From NCBI GenBank assembly GCA_036172245.1, contig JAYWIR010000002.1, positions 372,001-436,000 on the forward strand: a DNA stretch of 64,000 bases, written 5' to 3'. The translations under genes and the position numbers were made by a program. This DNA comes from Raillietiella orientalis (lineage: Eukaryota). Positions 11,010 through 24,008 of this stretch are shown here, one piece after another. Numbering within the stretch: position 1 is the first letter of the stretch; each line of letters opens with the position of its first letter. The notes beneath the pieces are model-generated. The model did not search any database, was not told where the DNA came from, and worked only from the letters and a program-made list of their open reading frames with translations.

Positions 11010-14000
11010 GCAAAAAAAAAAAAGCGAACCCCTATCTGCAATTCTTTCATGATTCACGTTTTCTATCTTTCCATGCTTTGAATTACGATGTTTGCACACA
11101 AATTTCGTCTTCATTTAACGGCAAAGCTTCAGGCCTTGCACCGACTCACAAATCGAATACGAGTCCAATAAAGCACAGCATAGTATGTTAGTAAACAAAG
11201 CAAGAAACGAATTGATAGCATGATGACTTTAATCTATTTTCACAGGAATAAAAGCAATCGATGCAGCCGTACGGAAAACTACGATACGTCGGATTACTCA
11301 GTTTTCTCCTGAATCGGACGTGCCACCCTTTTCCCAAGAATTGTGTGGATGCGAAAAAGAATCGCCAACTCTCTCTTTCCCTCCCTCTCTCTCTTTTCAT
11401 TCTGAGATGTGCATGCGTGTGGGTGTAGTAATGGTCGCGGAAAAACCGAGTGATCTTTGAATTATTTGTTTACCAACATCCGGCAGCGTTCCCACTGCAT
11501 TAGGAAGATAACGGTCTGAGCAACGCAATCTTGTGTGACAGTCATTAATTAGAACCCGGCACTTGCTCCCTGTGTTTGCGTTCCATAATTGTGCGCCGCT
11601 TAGCGGAGTCATTAAGAGCAACAGCAAGGGTTGCTTTCACATCCTGACTCGTTCCTCTATTTGATATGCTTTGTTCGCGTGTCTCTCCTGCCTAGGTGTC
11701 AGCCATGATTAAAATGGGGCATGCTTCAGCCAAAAATGGGGGTGAGGCCGTGCTGAGGGAAGACCGCGTGCATCCACGGCGAGTAGCACTTCTCTTGATG
11801 CTGCCTAACCTGGAGATTCTCTTGGGATGGAAGGAAAGCACAAGTTGAAGATATTTTTCCCTTTGGAATTCCGCGTCTGCGCTCGGGAAACGTGATCTCT
11901 TTGCCGCTGCTGATATTCAAAGATTCCCGGCTTGCAGGAAAAATGAAACACTGAATTGTTCAGAAGCGGGGTGGGGGGAACGACACCTTTGCGTCGGAAA
12001 TCGAAAAGTGTATGCAGCTGCTGCCTCGTCTTGACTTTTCCTACAGAGCACAAAGCTGATGTGGTTCCAGGAACAGCATTGAAATCGAGGGGATGCTCGA
12101 ACAAGCCATTACTCTTCCACCTCGAAAAAGCTCCTTGGCATTCTTAAGATGCCTTTTTTCCAAGTTTTGTTTCGTTTTCTCATTTTCGAATAGGGGCCCT
12201 GGTCTCCATCATGTCTTCCTCTCGAGAACAGTCCTGACTGTCGAACAAGAAGAAGGCATCAAAAATCGAACATTTGTTGTTTTTCCTTCACAGAGTTAAC
12301 AAGAATGTAGCTAAGAGATGTTCCTTTTCTTCCATGCTCATGTAACGGTGGCACAAGTGTTGAGTGGCACAATACTCACCACTGATTCTTATAAAGAGGA
12401 ATAATCATTTTCTGCAAGCACACACGTGAAGACTTAAGAGAATACCCCAGATTGTTTTACATATATACATAAAAAAATATACAGCATCACTTAGGGAAGA
12501 TTGTCTTTCAAAATAATGAAGAGCTGTCGGGCTCCTGTGTAGAAACTATTGCAATTTTGCAAATTAGGTGGCTCCGATGTTACTGAAGCTTTTTTTTCCC
12601 CTACGTCCCAAAGGATACGAGGAAGCAAAATACACGGAAGCACAGGAGCACTTTATCATCCTATTGTGCTGGTAAAAGTTACGGCAGCGCAGACCTGAAC
12701 CAAACAAGACAGGGAGCCTCATGAATGAAACAGGGGTCAAATAAACATTCCCAGCCGTCTTATGCAAATTTTTGATTGTACTGATTGCTTTCGCAGCATG
12801 TACACTTCTGTGAACACATTGCAGAGAAGTGCATAAGTAAACGAAGAACAGAAGGGAAAACTGGTCTCGACTGTTATTTCCAGACACAGAAATTAGATGG
12901 ATTTCACAGCCCGTGACCTTTCACGTATACATGTGTTGCTGTGAATATGTAATTTAGCAGGCAGACTAGCCGAGAGCTTTCCTGTGCTTCGTGCACCACA
13001 GAAGCAGTCACTTCACATTTCACAGCAATATTTCTTAATTGAGGCAGTTTGGGCGAAAATGTGAAATGCACACAAAACTTCCTTTATAATTTCGATTAAA
13101 GAGAAATTGGTATAAACAAGAACAGCATTTTACAGAGAATAATGTAATGTATAATGCTGAAATACTTGAAATGGCAGATGGGTATGAATTCAGGAGCATG
13201 TACACTTTGGACACTACAGTGTGTACATTCGTTGTTTCTTTCTTTTTATTCCATTTTTTTTTTTTTTTAAAAAAAAAAAATGCTTTGAAAAATTACAGCA
13301 AAATCCCTGTATGCTCACATTCCATAGAAAGTTTCGGGTTCCCCATGCTTGGGAGACTTCATTCAAACACGAATGAAATGCATCTCCTAATGTATGATAA
13401 TTCACAGACCATGGAAAATGCTATCCAGCAACTGCACGAAATAGATCATTTTTTAAATAATAATAATAAAAAAAAAAAAACAAAATAAAGATTTGCTAAC
13501 TGAGGAATTTTTTCCAGCTTTTCCTGAAACGTTTCCTGAAAGGCGCTTTGGTTTCTACGCTCCGAGTCCGTTAAAACCATTGCTAAGACAAAGTGCCCTT
13601 TACCACAATTGTAGGAGGAAACGGCCCACCAGACCTACTTTTTCTGTAATCTCTTCCCATTGGGGCAAAACCAAATCGTAGTGCAAAAACTGCATGCCAT
13701 CGGGAGGCCGAGTTTGGAGTTACCCAACTTTTCGTTTCAGGGGCACACTTCTGAGTGAATTGCACGCGTTTTGATGCCCCCACCCTTACGAGCACATCGA
13801 ACTCAAAAAAAAATGTCTGATCATAGCAGCCTGCTTTTCGCCATGAGATGCACAAAATGCAAAAACAAAACTTATTAAACTTTTAAAAATATTGAATTTA
13901 TTCTCTGCATTCATTCTTCATGGGGAGGGGGAGGGAAGATTCCTTTGATGCACATTGGAGTAAAGAATTCATTATTCTATTCTATCTAAATCCACGCAAA

Positions 14001-14283
14001 GAACATAGTAAGATTAATTATTTGCAAAAATTCAACATAATTCAGGCAAATGTGCTTGGGAATTAATCACACAAAACTATTCCACTACGAAAGTTTTCAT
14101 TTCAGTTCTAATTATAAATATACGTTCACAAGTATTTTCAATTAGAAAGCACATGAATGTAATCACGACTGCAAAAACTCCGGGACGCAGATACTGTATT
14201 CAATAATGAAAGAAATAGTTTTCGAATAAATAGCATCACAATAAATAATATTGCATAACAGGAACTACGTCAACCCTGAGACA

Positions 14284-16731
14284 TCAAATTGGATTTTTGA
14301 GTATACGATGCTGTCGGATGTCAAACACACGATGACAAAAGAATATGCGATCTGGAGCAACTCTGCAAGGAGGAGAGACATCTTCAGGCTCTGGAATTTC
14401 CGGCACAATGGGAGGAGGCGACCGGATCCGTTCGTCCGCAGCTTTGATTCTTTTGCGGTAGCTGCCACCGTGGGAAAGCATACAAAATGTGATAAGCGTC
14501 ACTACCTACCGACAATACGCATTCAGAGTGAGGACATAGCAACGATCTTCGATGCATGCCACGCTCACCATATCACGGTGGCGGGATGCAAGTACTTCAT
14601 CTGGACAGCCACCTTTCTCCAAACCTGTCTGCTCTAGCCGATAGTACCACAAGACGGACAGCATTATTTCCCCGCTGCTAGGATCTGGCCACAGTGCAGC
14701 AACACGAGCCACATACGGGACATCACTGCGACGACTTCCTGATCGGAGCAAAATGCTATCTTTCGGAACCACTACGTCTCCTTCCTGATGACAGATGCGT
14801 GGGTAACATAGACGATGCTCTGCTAATCCATCATTCTGCAGTCACCCGTTACTATCTGCCAACTGGGATCGTAATCACCTTTAGCAGCAACAACTGCTCT
14901 TCTGGTTTGCCTTCGAAGTGCCATCCATTTGACCATCGTAATCCTGTATTCATGGGGCGGGGAACATGTTGCGGCTGGTTGCTTTGAATGGAAGTAATGG
15001 CACAACCACTAGAAGTTCCTTCTTTCTTTCGATTTTTTTCCTTTTTGCATCCAGTACCAACACATACGACAACTTTGTGTCCTCGAGCAATTACTGCATG
15101 GTTTCGGCTGCAATGCCTCCTTGAACATTGCTTTGAAGAACATGCTAGTGCCTGCTTAACTGACGACCCCGGCCCCTTAGCGGCTGGCTCACCAATAAGG
15201 GGCCCAGAAAGCACGTTTTTTGGATTAGATCCATATGGACAAGGATAGGGGGAACTATACCCATGACAGCATTTAGAACAAGTAGTGGTATGCTGCTCTA
15301 AGGGAGAAGATATGAAGGGATACCTAGGAGAAGAATAAGAAGGCATACAAGAACATGGTGAAGCTTGGCAAAAATCTGTGGTCTGTCCAAAGGAAGAAGT
15401 CACAGGTAAATAGGGATAAGACTGGGGCCATGAATAAGCAGGAGCATAATGGGCTATAGGTTTATGAACTGCATGTAGCGCTGAATTGGCTGCATCTCTA
15501 TAAGTGATCTTATACAGAATTATAACCAACTTACCTCCAATGGGAGCATAACATGAATCAGCCAATGGAATGAGTGGTGGTAAGGGAGACTGAACGGAAG
15601 AATTCTGCTTCTTTGAAGGAAGAGTAAACAGTTCCTTAGAAGTTTCTGGCAATTTAGGTTGCATGGTTGCTAATGCATGAAGTGGAGAATAGCTTTTTTC
15701 CCAAAGATTAGGAAGTAAGTCTTGCTGCCCTGTGAGGGTAGAGTCCATCTGTGTGTGGATGCGTCCATAAGTAGTGCCCATATAATACATAGCAACATCC
15801 ATTTGATTAGCACCAAATGGAGTAGATACTTTAGGAGTTTGCTCTACAACATGCTGTGACTGAGAATGGCTGACAATCACCAAGGGATGTTTAGAATGTG
15901 CAACAGAAGAAGATGACCACACAAGAGGAGCTGAATGAAGACGTTCTGTGGTTTCAGTGTTTTTTTTATCAGCAGAAGATTTAGAAGTTGATGCAAGACG
16001 AGTCTTAGGATCAGAATGCAAAGTAGCATGCAATATAGCTGATGCATTGAGGCTAGCTATTCTTTTATGCCTTCTTCCTTCTTGTTCGTTTCGATGAGAA
16101 CTGTTCTGTGGACTTTCACTGTCATATAAACAACGAAGCTTAGCACGTGCTGTTAAGCTAGCTTCCCTTTTTTGAGGGCCCACATCGGATGCATTTGGGG
16201 AAATCTGTCCATGTTTCTTTGTCGCATCTTTCTTTACTGAATGTTTCTTATTGCACTTGGTTTCATTATTTGTTTCACATAAAGCTACAAGTTTTACTAA
16301 AAACGACTATCAATCCATTACACCCACCTACCCTCTGATTTCTTAGTTTTCCTTAACATCAATTTTTTCTTCTTAAGAGAGTGATCGGTAATGTGTTTTG
16401 TTTTGTTCTTTACTTCCTTCTTTCTAACGGATTTTTTCTTCATCATTTTCACCTCTTCGGGAATTTTGCCAGCTTTGCTGTCACTTTTGATTCTAGATTT
16501 TCTTTTAATATTAGAATCTTCATTTTTTTTGTTACATGTAAATTTTCCTTTCTTCTTTCCCTTAAATACTCCCTCATTGATATTCTTTAAAGTATTAATT
16601 TTCTTAAATTGTTTCTGCTTACTAGACTTCTTATTTCTATGCTGCAGATTATCTGCTAATCGATTTAAGCATTTTAGAGAAGCTGAAACATCAGCTACTG
16701 ACTTCTTTTTTTGAGAAAAAGATGCTTTCAT
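14284..16731 (-). CDS. BAHD1: BAH domain-containing protein, BAHD1-like (Lys-rich N-terminus, low-complexity middle, C-terminal BAH domain)
   Basis: Exons 16731-16332, 16296-14879 (possible in-frame intron 15490-15534 or 15481-15534), 14835-14510, 14461-14284; introns of 35, 43 and 48 nt, all GT-AG and in frame. BAH motifs DSILLRSG..PYVARVAALW..GEIMLSVLWYYR..EVLASRHRD..SVACIEDRCYVLT..YCR and C-terminal FFCHRVFDIRQHRILKNP match BAHD1 as I recall it. Confidence 0.9.
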
Positions 16732-16788
16732 CTTTTCGTTTCAATAATCTTTAGATTACTATCAGTACTCATATTTGAATTGAGTTGG

Positions 16789-19700
16789 CTGCAAATAAGC
16801 AAACAAAAAATCCAATTACACCACACTTAAATATCGAAACAGGACTCTGAAAGTTGCACAAAACAGAACATAAGATGCTTATTGCATTTACAAGGAATAT
16901 TTTAAAATGGGTTTGCACTTGAATCAGTTACCACGAATTAATGATAAACCTTGGTGAATATAAACATCTGGAAAGACACGGTTTTCGAGTTTTCCTTTTA
17001 ATTCAGACTACTTTTCATTTGTTAGTATCAAAAAATAAGGAAGTATTATTTTACTGTAACAAACAGCGACCATGAAGTCACTAAATCATGATACAAAGCA
17101 GGATACTTTGGGCGTGAAACATAACCAATGCACTGAGCATTATAACAAATAATAATAATAATTCTCCCATTATAGATCTACATTTTCCAGCAATTCTACT
17201 AAGCAAAATTAGTCACACAAAAGGATTCAAATTACAACCCATGTCAAAACAAAATTTGCAAGTACAACAAAGCATCGATATACAATGAAAGGTTTTTGCC
17301 AAACACAAACTTAGCAAGAAGACTATGAGAAAAAAATTGATTTCAATTGCAAATACGGAAAATATTTTAATGTACCTACTGATATTGGACTTTGAGTCAA
17401 AATAAATAAACAATACAAATTTTCAGCTATTTAAAAGAAATGTATCACATGGAAAGAAAACAATACAGAATACTTAAGATAAATTCTACTGCTACTACAA
17501 CATATGGACTATTCTTAATGCCTGTAAACATATATTAGTAATATGTATGCTTAGTAACAGAATTAGTGAGGCTTGCAAGTGTATTCTATGCATTGATTTC
17601 AACTATGGGGATTTACAGCATCTTATTAATCCTGTACATATGTCAACCTAACATTAATGCAAGAACAAATATTAATGATGCAAATACTAACATTAATGGA
17701 TCCAACAAAACTACATTAGCTAGAGATTTGACACTTTCGAACAATGTATTCAATTTAAATTTATACCAAGAGATTTCCTATGATTTATATGTAAGCAGCA
17801 GAAGAATCTGAGTGATGTCTGAAACAATCTCACTTTACAAGCTACCACCATATCAGGCATAACAGGCACTTCTGCTTGCCTAATACTTCTATATTATTTA
17901 CTCAAGTTTCCTTATAAGACACGCACATGAAAATGGATATAGGAAAACAAAAAATAAACAAGGATATTGAAAATGTTTTCACTCAGGAAAAGAACAAAAT
18001 CGATTTGAAACAGGAAGAATCACAAAATTTAAGAGTGAAACAAAAAAAATAAACATGTCAAGGAATCAACAAAGCAATGTATACTAAAACCATGAGATGA
18101 AACAAGTTTCAAATAAATATCATGTAGGCATTTGAATACATCATGTTTGAATACCTGTTTTTATTAGTAACTTATCAGACATTAGAGATTTCTCTATACC
18201 TTAGAAAGCATTAATTCAAATGTATGAATTCACTGATGTAATAAAGCCCCAAATCCATATGTTAATAACTGCCTTGCAAACTGGATCAACTGAATTCAAC
18301 AAGGGGTACAAAGTAACTTTGATCTTGCTTTTATAAATCATTCTAAGGCTAGCAGATCAATCATTACCTAAAAACACAATGATTAATTATCTCTTTAAAA
18401 TGCTTAATTAATGCTGCAAACACTCCCATAGCACCATGTGGTTTTACAAATTCTTACATTAGATTAACTTTTTTAAAGTCTTTCAACACTGAATTCTTAA
18501 CTAGAAGTTAAACACTGATGTCGAATTTGAGATCACAGCATATGGTGACTAAGGTTTGTTATTCATTAAGAAACTCATGCACCAATTTTAATTAATGCGG
18601 TTTTAAAAAAGCAATCCTATATCTACGCTCCTTACATCACTCATTAAATAGAAACTTGCCATTAACAATTAAGTATCAACAAATTCGGAAATCTAGGGAC
18701 TGCAATCACTGGTGAAATATCTGAGTAATACAACCACATACAGTGGCCAAATTTCAAACCATATACAAACCCATTTTGGCTTAATTGAAGTTTTCATCAA
18801 ATTTCCTGTTTGATTGGGAGATTAAATTAATTGGATCTATCCTTTGCCTCAAAAGAATATTCCAAAGATCATATTTCAATACTGTACTAAACCTTTGCTA
18901 TTTGAAAAACAAATATTTTTTTCTTTTAAGAAAATTCTGCTCCAGTAAGTTCTAAGCTTCCAAAAAAGTCCTATTCTGAGTGCTGGATCAATGCTAGAAT
19001 TGAAAATCTTATCGAAACTCAACATTGACAACTATGTTTCTTGGATGAACTTTGCATTTTATGAACATGTAAGTGTTGATCTTAAAGTGACAGCTATTGA
19101 TTGCTGCAATTGAGTTGCATGGAAATACTCTACTGAAATTCAGTTCTTTATAGTAAGTTTGAGAACTGAACATTCCACTACATGAAAAACTCAGAAAAGC
19201 TAGTGATTCCACCTGATGCACTCATTGCAACTTAACCCCATACTATGTAATACATTAACAGCAAATAGTCTAAATCATATTAGCAATCAAACTCACAGAT
19301 TATCTATAACATCTTCACAAAAGATGCAGACATATCAAAAGGAGAAAACAAATTTAAAAGCCCATGTTTACTTTTGTATAACAAAATATATGTATTGGGA
19401 TATCCACATCATCAACAAAGTCACTGAAATTTGCCAATTTATCTCAATTGCAAAAAGTTCGATGCTTTGGTGTTACTGACTGAAAATCTTAAAACATATG
19501 AAGTATGTATAGAGTTTTATTAGAAAAGGGGTTCATAACATTCCTCCCAGAAATCTTCTACAAGTATTTCCACTCTAATCTCATGTGTTCTAGTTCTTCA
19601 CTGAATAAAATTCCCTATAGTTCCAGATTGATCTGGACACTGTGGCAAGTTGCACTTGTAGTCCTGAAATCAACTGCTCCTGGAAATAATGATGCAAAAT

Positions 19701-22700
19701 GCCCATTTTAACAAGCTTTTGAAAAATAGCTTAAGAATAATTCGTAGAAAAAATACTTATGACTCATCAGAATAACGGGAACTCATATGGCTGGATTTAA
19801 ACATTATTCATTCATTAGAGTTGCTACATAACTGTGTATTCATTTGATATGCAATTAGTTTAAAATTGCAATTAAGCACAAGCAGCATTGCTAGCACTCC
19901 CCCAAAAAACTGTTATAAAACATATTAAAATAAATTAGTAATAAGAAAGTTTGTGCATACTGCAACTGTGATTATGAAACTATTACAACTGGTCAAGAGA
20001 ATTGCTCACAATAGAAAATTCTGTAAAATTATTTAATTACGAAAACTGCACCTCATTTTTTATTAGTTTTCTTTTAGAAATAAAGCACACTGATATTAAT
20101 ATTTACAAGAAAAAAGGTGTTATTGATAGATGATAGAAACAAAATTCATTCCATTCATCTTAAACTTCTCGAATGTCTTCTAAGTTCATAATACTGATAA
20201 TTTCCGTTTAGCAAAGAAATAATGAAACAGCATCAAACTATCAAGCATCATTCCCTACTGCAATAAGATGCTTTTAAATGAAAAAAGAAATACAATTTTA
20301 TAATTCCGTATGGATTATAGAATAAGACTGTCATATCAGAGGTAGTTATTTAATGTTATTTATACTCAACTATTTATTATAGCTCTTCTAATTAGGTATA
20401 TATCATATTAGCTTTGTAGAATTTTAATTATTAAAAATTTGGGTCGCAAAAATCAAAAGTAGCCAAAGTCACGATGGCAAAATTTTAAAAAGGTATATTT
20501 TGTGCAAAAATTGTACAACACTATGGTTCTCTGTGATAAATTTGAGCTTTCAAAAAATTCATTAACAGTTATAGTCTCAATGGAAAAACCTTGAATCTGT
20601 GACAGTTTTATTAGTTAGCTATTCATTAGTTAGCAAATTCACTGCTGATTATTTTTTTAAACTAAAGCATTTTATATTGTCATTGCTAGTTTGCATCATT
20701 TTATACATTCTGAACTTTATTCCCATGTGACAATTTTTATACATTCATCCAATAATGGTTAGTGTGTTTTCTTAAAAGCTGATTTCTACCCTTAAATCCA
20801 CTTCAAAATTATTGACTCTAACTATGGTTTTCAAAACATTTAAAAACAGAACACAGGCATATAAAATTAATAATAGTTTCAGAGTATGTTGCATTAGTAA
20901 TATATCAATTTATTACAGTAACAAACTATTAACATTTAATATTGGTAATAAATGTTGGCATATGAAAACTTATTGCATCTTACGAAAAATATGAAAAATT
21001 TTGAAACATAAGCATTTAATGAAAAGGTATACAAGTTTTTTCACATATCCCAATCATCTGAAGTACATCAGATTATCTAGCCACAATTCAATGAAATTTC
21101 TGGTAGACTTCAAGATGCTGAAATAAAACAAGATAAAACAAAACATTCCATAATATTTTTTTATTTCTTTTTATCATTATTTTTCTATCTATGCAATTTC
21201 TTCCTTTATGTATTTTCATAAATGTTAATGACTAACAAATTATCTGTTTCCGGCTCTTTTGATTATCTATATTATAGAAAGTAATTCATATTAATATAAT
21301 TCAATTTAATTCTAGGACTAAGAATTTTCAACACTGACATTACATCACTTTGCTATTTAATCAGCCAGAGACTAGAAAATTTTCCTTTCTTTGCAGACAC
21401 AATCTTCATTCATTTACACAATCTTTTTTCTTTCCTAAAAATATACATAACTTTACTAAACGCACATTTATTTTGTTCTGGATAATCCATAATTTTAAAG
21501 ATTAATCCCTACCAAATCACATCCACAACAAAAAACATGAGGGTCAATTCTGTTTGGTATATTTTCAACAAAATGCCCATACTTATACTTTTGCTATATT
21601 TTGGAGATCATTCCAAGCTGTCATTAAGCTCTAATATCAAATCAAGAAACTTAAATCATTCTATTTCATCTTAAAATTAGTAACATAGTACCATTTTTCT
21701 TTTTTTAATATCTATGCTGAAAATTCTAACAAGTGAATTTATCACTGCCAAATCTATGGTAATGAATTCAACTGAAATTAATTTTATGCCATCATTGTGT
21801 TTTCTTAGAATGATGTTGCATGAATGAACATCCGATAGTAATTACCATTATCACGTTTGTACTAAAAAAAATTACTGGACCAAGTTTTATTCCTATTTTC
21901 TGTGTTTCAAAGTTTGTGTTCAACAAGAAGGTAACAGATTCCAATCTGTTCAAGTGAAATTAATTCTTGGGCACCGTAAATAAAAACCGAGAGCCAATTT
22001 TTTCACATATGAAAGGCACAGAGCAGCCTCGAAATTAGCAAATGAGGATTTGAATTTCCAATTGTTTCAACACCAACTTGAAATCGAATTTATATCATTT
22101 AGCATATTTTATTTTCAGCATTTCATACGGATTACTTAGACATCAAAAATGGAAACTATTCAATGCAAAATACACTTCATTTGGGGCATTTACAACACAG
22201 AAACAAATTCATTCAACACTCTTATCGCTAAAATAAAGCTAAATACAAATCCTTAGACGAAGACGGAGATCGCTGTCTATGTTAAATGAACACAAGGAAT
22301 CTGGTTTTCCGATTCGAAAATCTGATTATGAATTGACTTGATAAATGGAAGTTAATTTTTTACAAATTTGTTACAAGTGTTAAGCAAATATTTTTCTTGG
22401 AGAAAAAAGTTTCTTATCTTCCAAGACAGTGAGATGCATGTTAATATTCGCAACTTTGATGCCCCATTCCAAATGTGAAAAGATTTTGCATCATACGGTA
22501 GCTCAAAACTTCGATTAATACCTTATCAACTTTTACAAGATCTGGGCAAAACATGTGTGAGCAATGAAAAATGTGCAACGTTCTGATATTTACAAGAAAC
22601 TGGGATTTTCAAATCACAGATCAAAGTACGATGAATAAGATGAATGCAACCAAACCTAACTTTTGGTAAATCAAATTCCAAAGAGAAGTAAAGCCCATAA

Positions 22701-22875
22701 AACCACAAACACTACTTGCAAAGATAGGTGTGTCATTGCGGATGAATTATTTGGAATATAATTTACAAACAAGCAATACACATTCACGGCCACTACCATC
22801 TGTGAGCCGTAAGTACAAAACATACACACCTTTGCAAACCTAGAAACGCAATTAATCAGATGCACGCTTACCTAC
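16789..22875 (-). other. Probable ~6-kb 5'-UTR intron of the BAHD1-like gene
   Basis: Minus-strand acceptor TTATTTGCAG ends at 16789, just upstream of the start. Strong donor CAAG|GTAGGTAAG at 22875 (alternative 22871). The interval is AT-rich with no convincing ORF. Confidence 0.45.
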
Positions 22876-23643
22876 CTTGGAATCTCTCTGTACATTTTTT
22901 GCATGCTTTAGGGAATAAAAATTACTGGTATAGAACACAAAAGTTAATAGAGGCGAATTAGTAATTGGGGAAAACGCAAAAGATTTGACAAAGACATGAT
23001 GAAGAAAGAAGGGAAAAAATGGTGCCCCCCTCCCCCCCCAACCAGCAGCAACCATATAATAGAAATGAAATCATAGGAAAAAAAAGGTGATCATTAATGT
23101 AGTTATACTATTAGTTACCCTAACTTAGTTAGAAGGTAGCGAATGATTAATGTAGCCAAAATTAAAAATATAAGAAGTGAATGGAGAGTTACTGAATGAG
23201 TTATTTACCACTTCGAAACGGAATAATTTCGATTCCAAAACCTTTATAAGGGAAAGGATAAAAACTGAGATTCATAAATAAAATAAATTCACTACTGATA
23301 AACCAGGGTACGAAACAGAAGCCAAGCCAGAGACCAAATTTAAAATCTTTCAATAAATGGGATTTTATTTATATAATAAATATTCTGTCTACGGGACTTG
23401 AAATTCAAGTATTTGACAAGGGTGACATTGATTTATTGAATTCTTTTTTTAAAAAAGTGATAGATGTTTTCTGATTTTTTAAAAGAGCAATTTAAATCGC
23501 AATCATGAAAAATGGATTTGAATAAAAGGAACATCGAAGTAACATTCTAGCTCAAGTTACTCTGGATTTTATTTCCCGTGAAATTGTATGCTAAGTTGTA
23601 AGATAGATGAATTTTCTAAAACAGCAAGGCGCCAATTTTTCAG

Positions 23644-24008
23644 GATGAAAGAAAATGGTGTGTAGGAAGGCTGGTTTGCCAAATGGCAACTTGGATACAA
23701 AGAATAATAGGCAGTATTTTACAGGAACACTTGTACTCACTGAATTTATATCATTTATCGCATTTCAATTTGTACATTTGTTTGTAGTCACAAGACTAAA
23801 TCAGATCTAGTGCAAAAGGTGGTCTACACAGAAAAAGGAATTAATGAATAAAGCAAAAGGGAATTTTCGGATGTTTCAAGTTACGACCAATTTAGACGCT
23901 GTTACGCAAGCTCAGAATGATGCTCATAAAATGGCTTTTGCATTGAACGAGCTGAAGAACATTGAGAATCTTCAGTTTCATGGACCGAGAGAAAAAAAAC
24001 ACAAGTAA
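23644..24008 (+). CDS. Possible small divergent gene exons upstream of BAHD1
   Basis: TTTTTCAG|DERKWCVGRLVCQMATW.. and CTAG|CKRWSTQKKELMNKAKGNF..HGPREKKHK* (23811-24008, 66 codons) are open in very AT-rich DNA. Confidence 0.3.
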
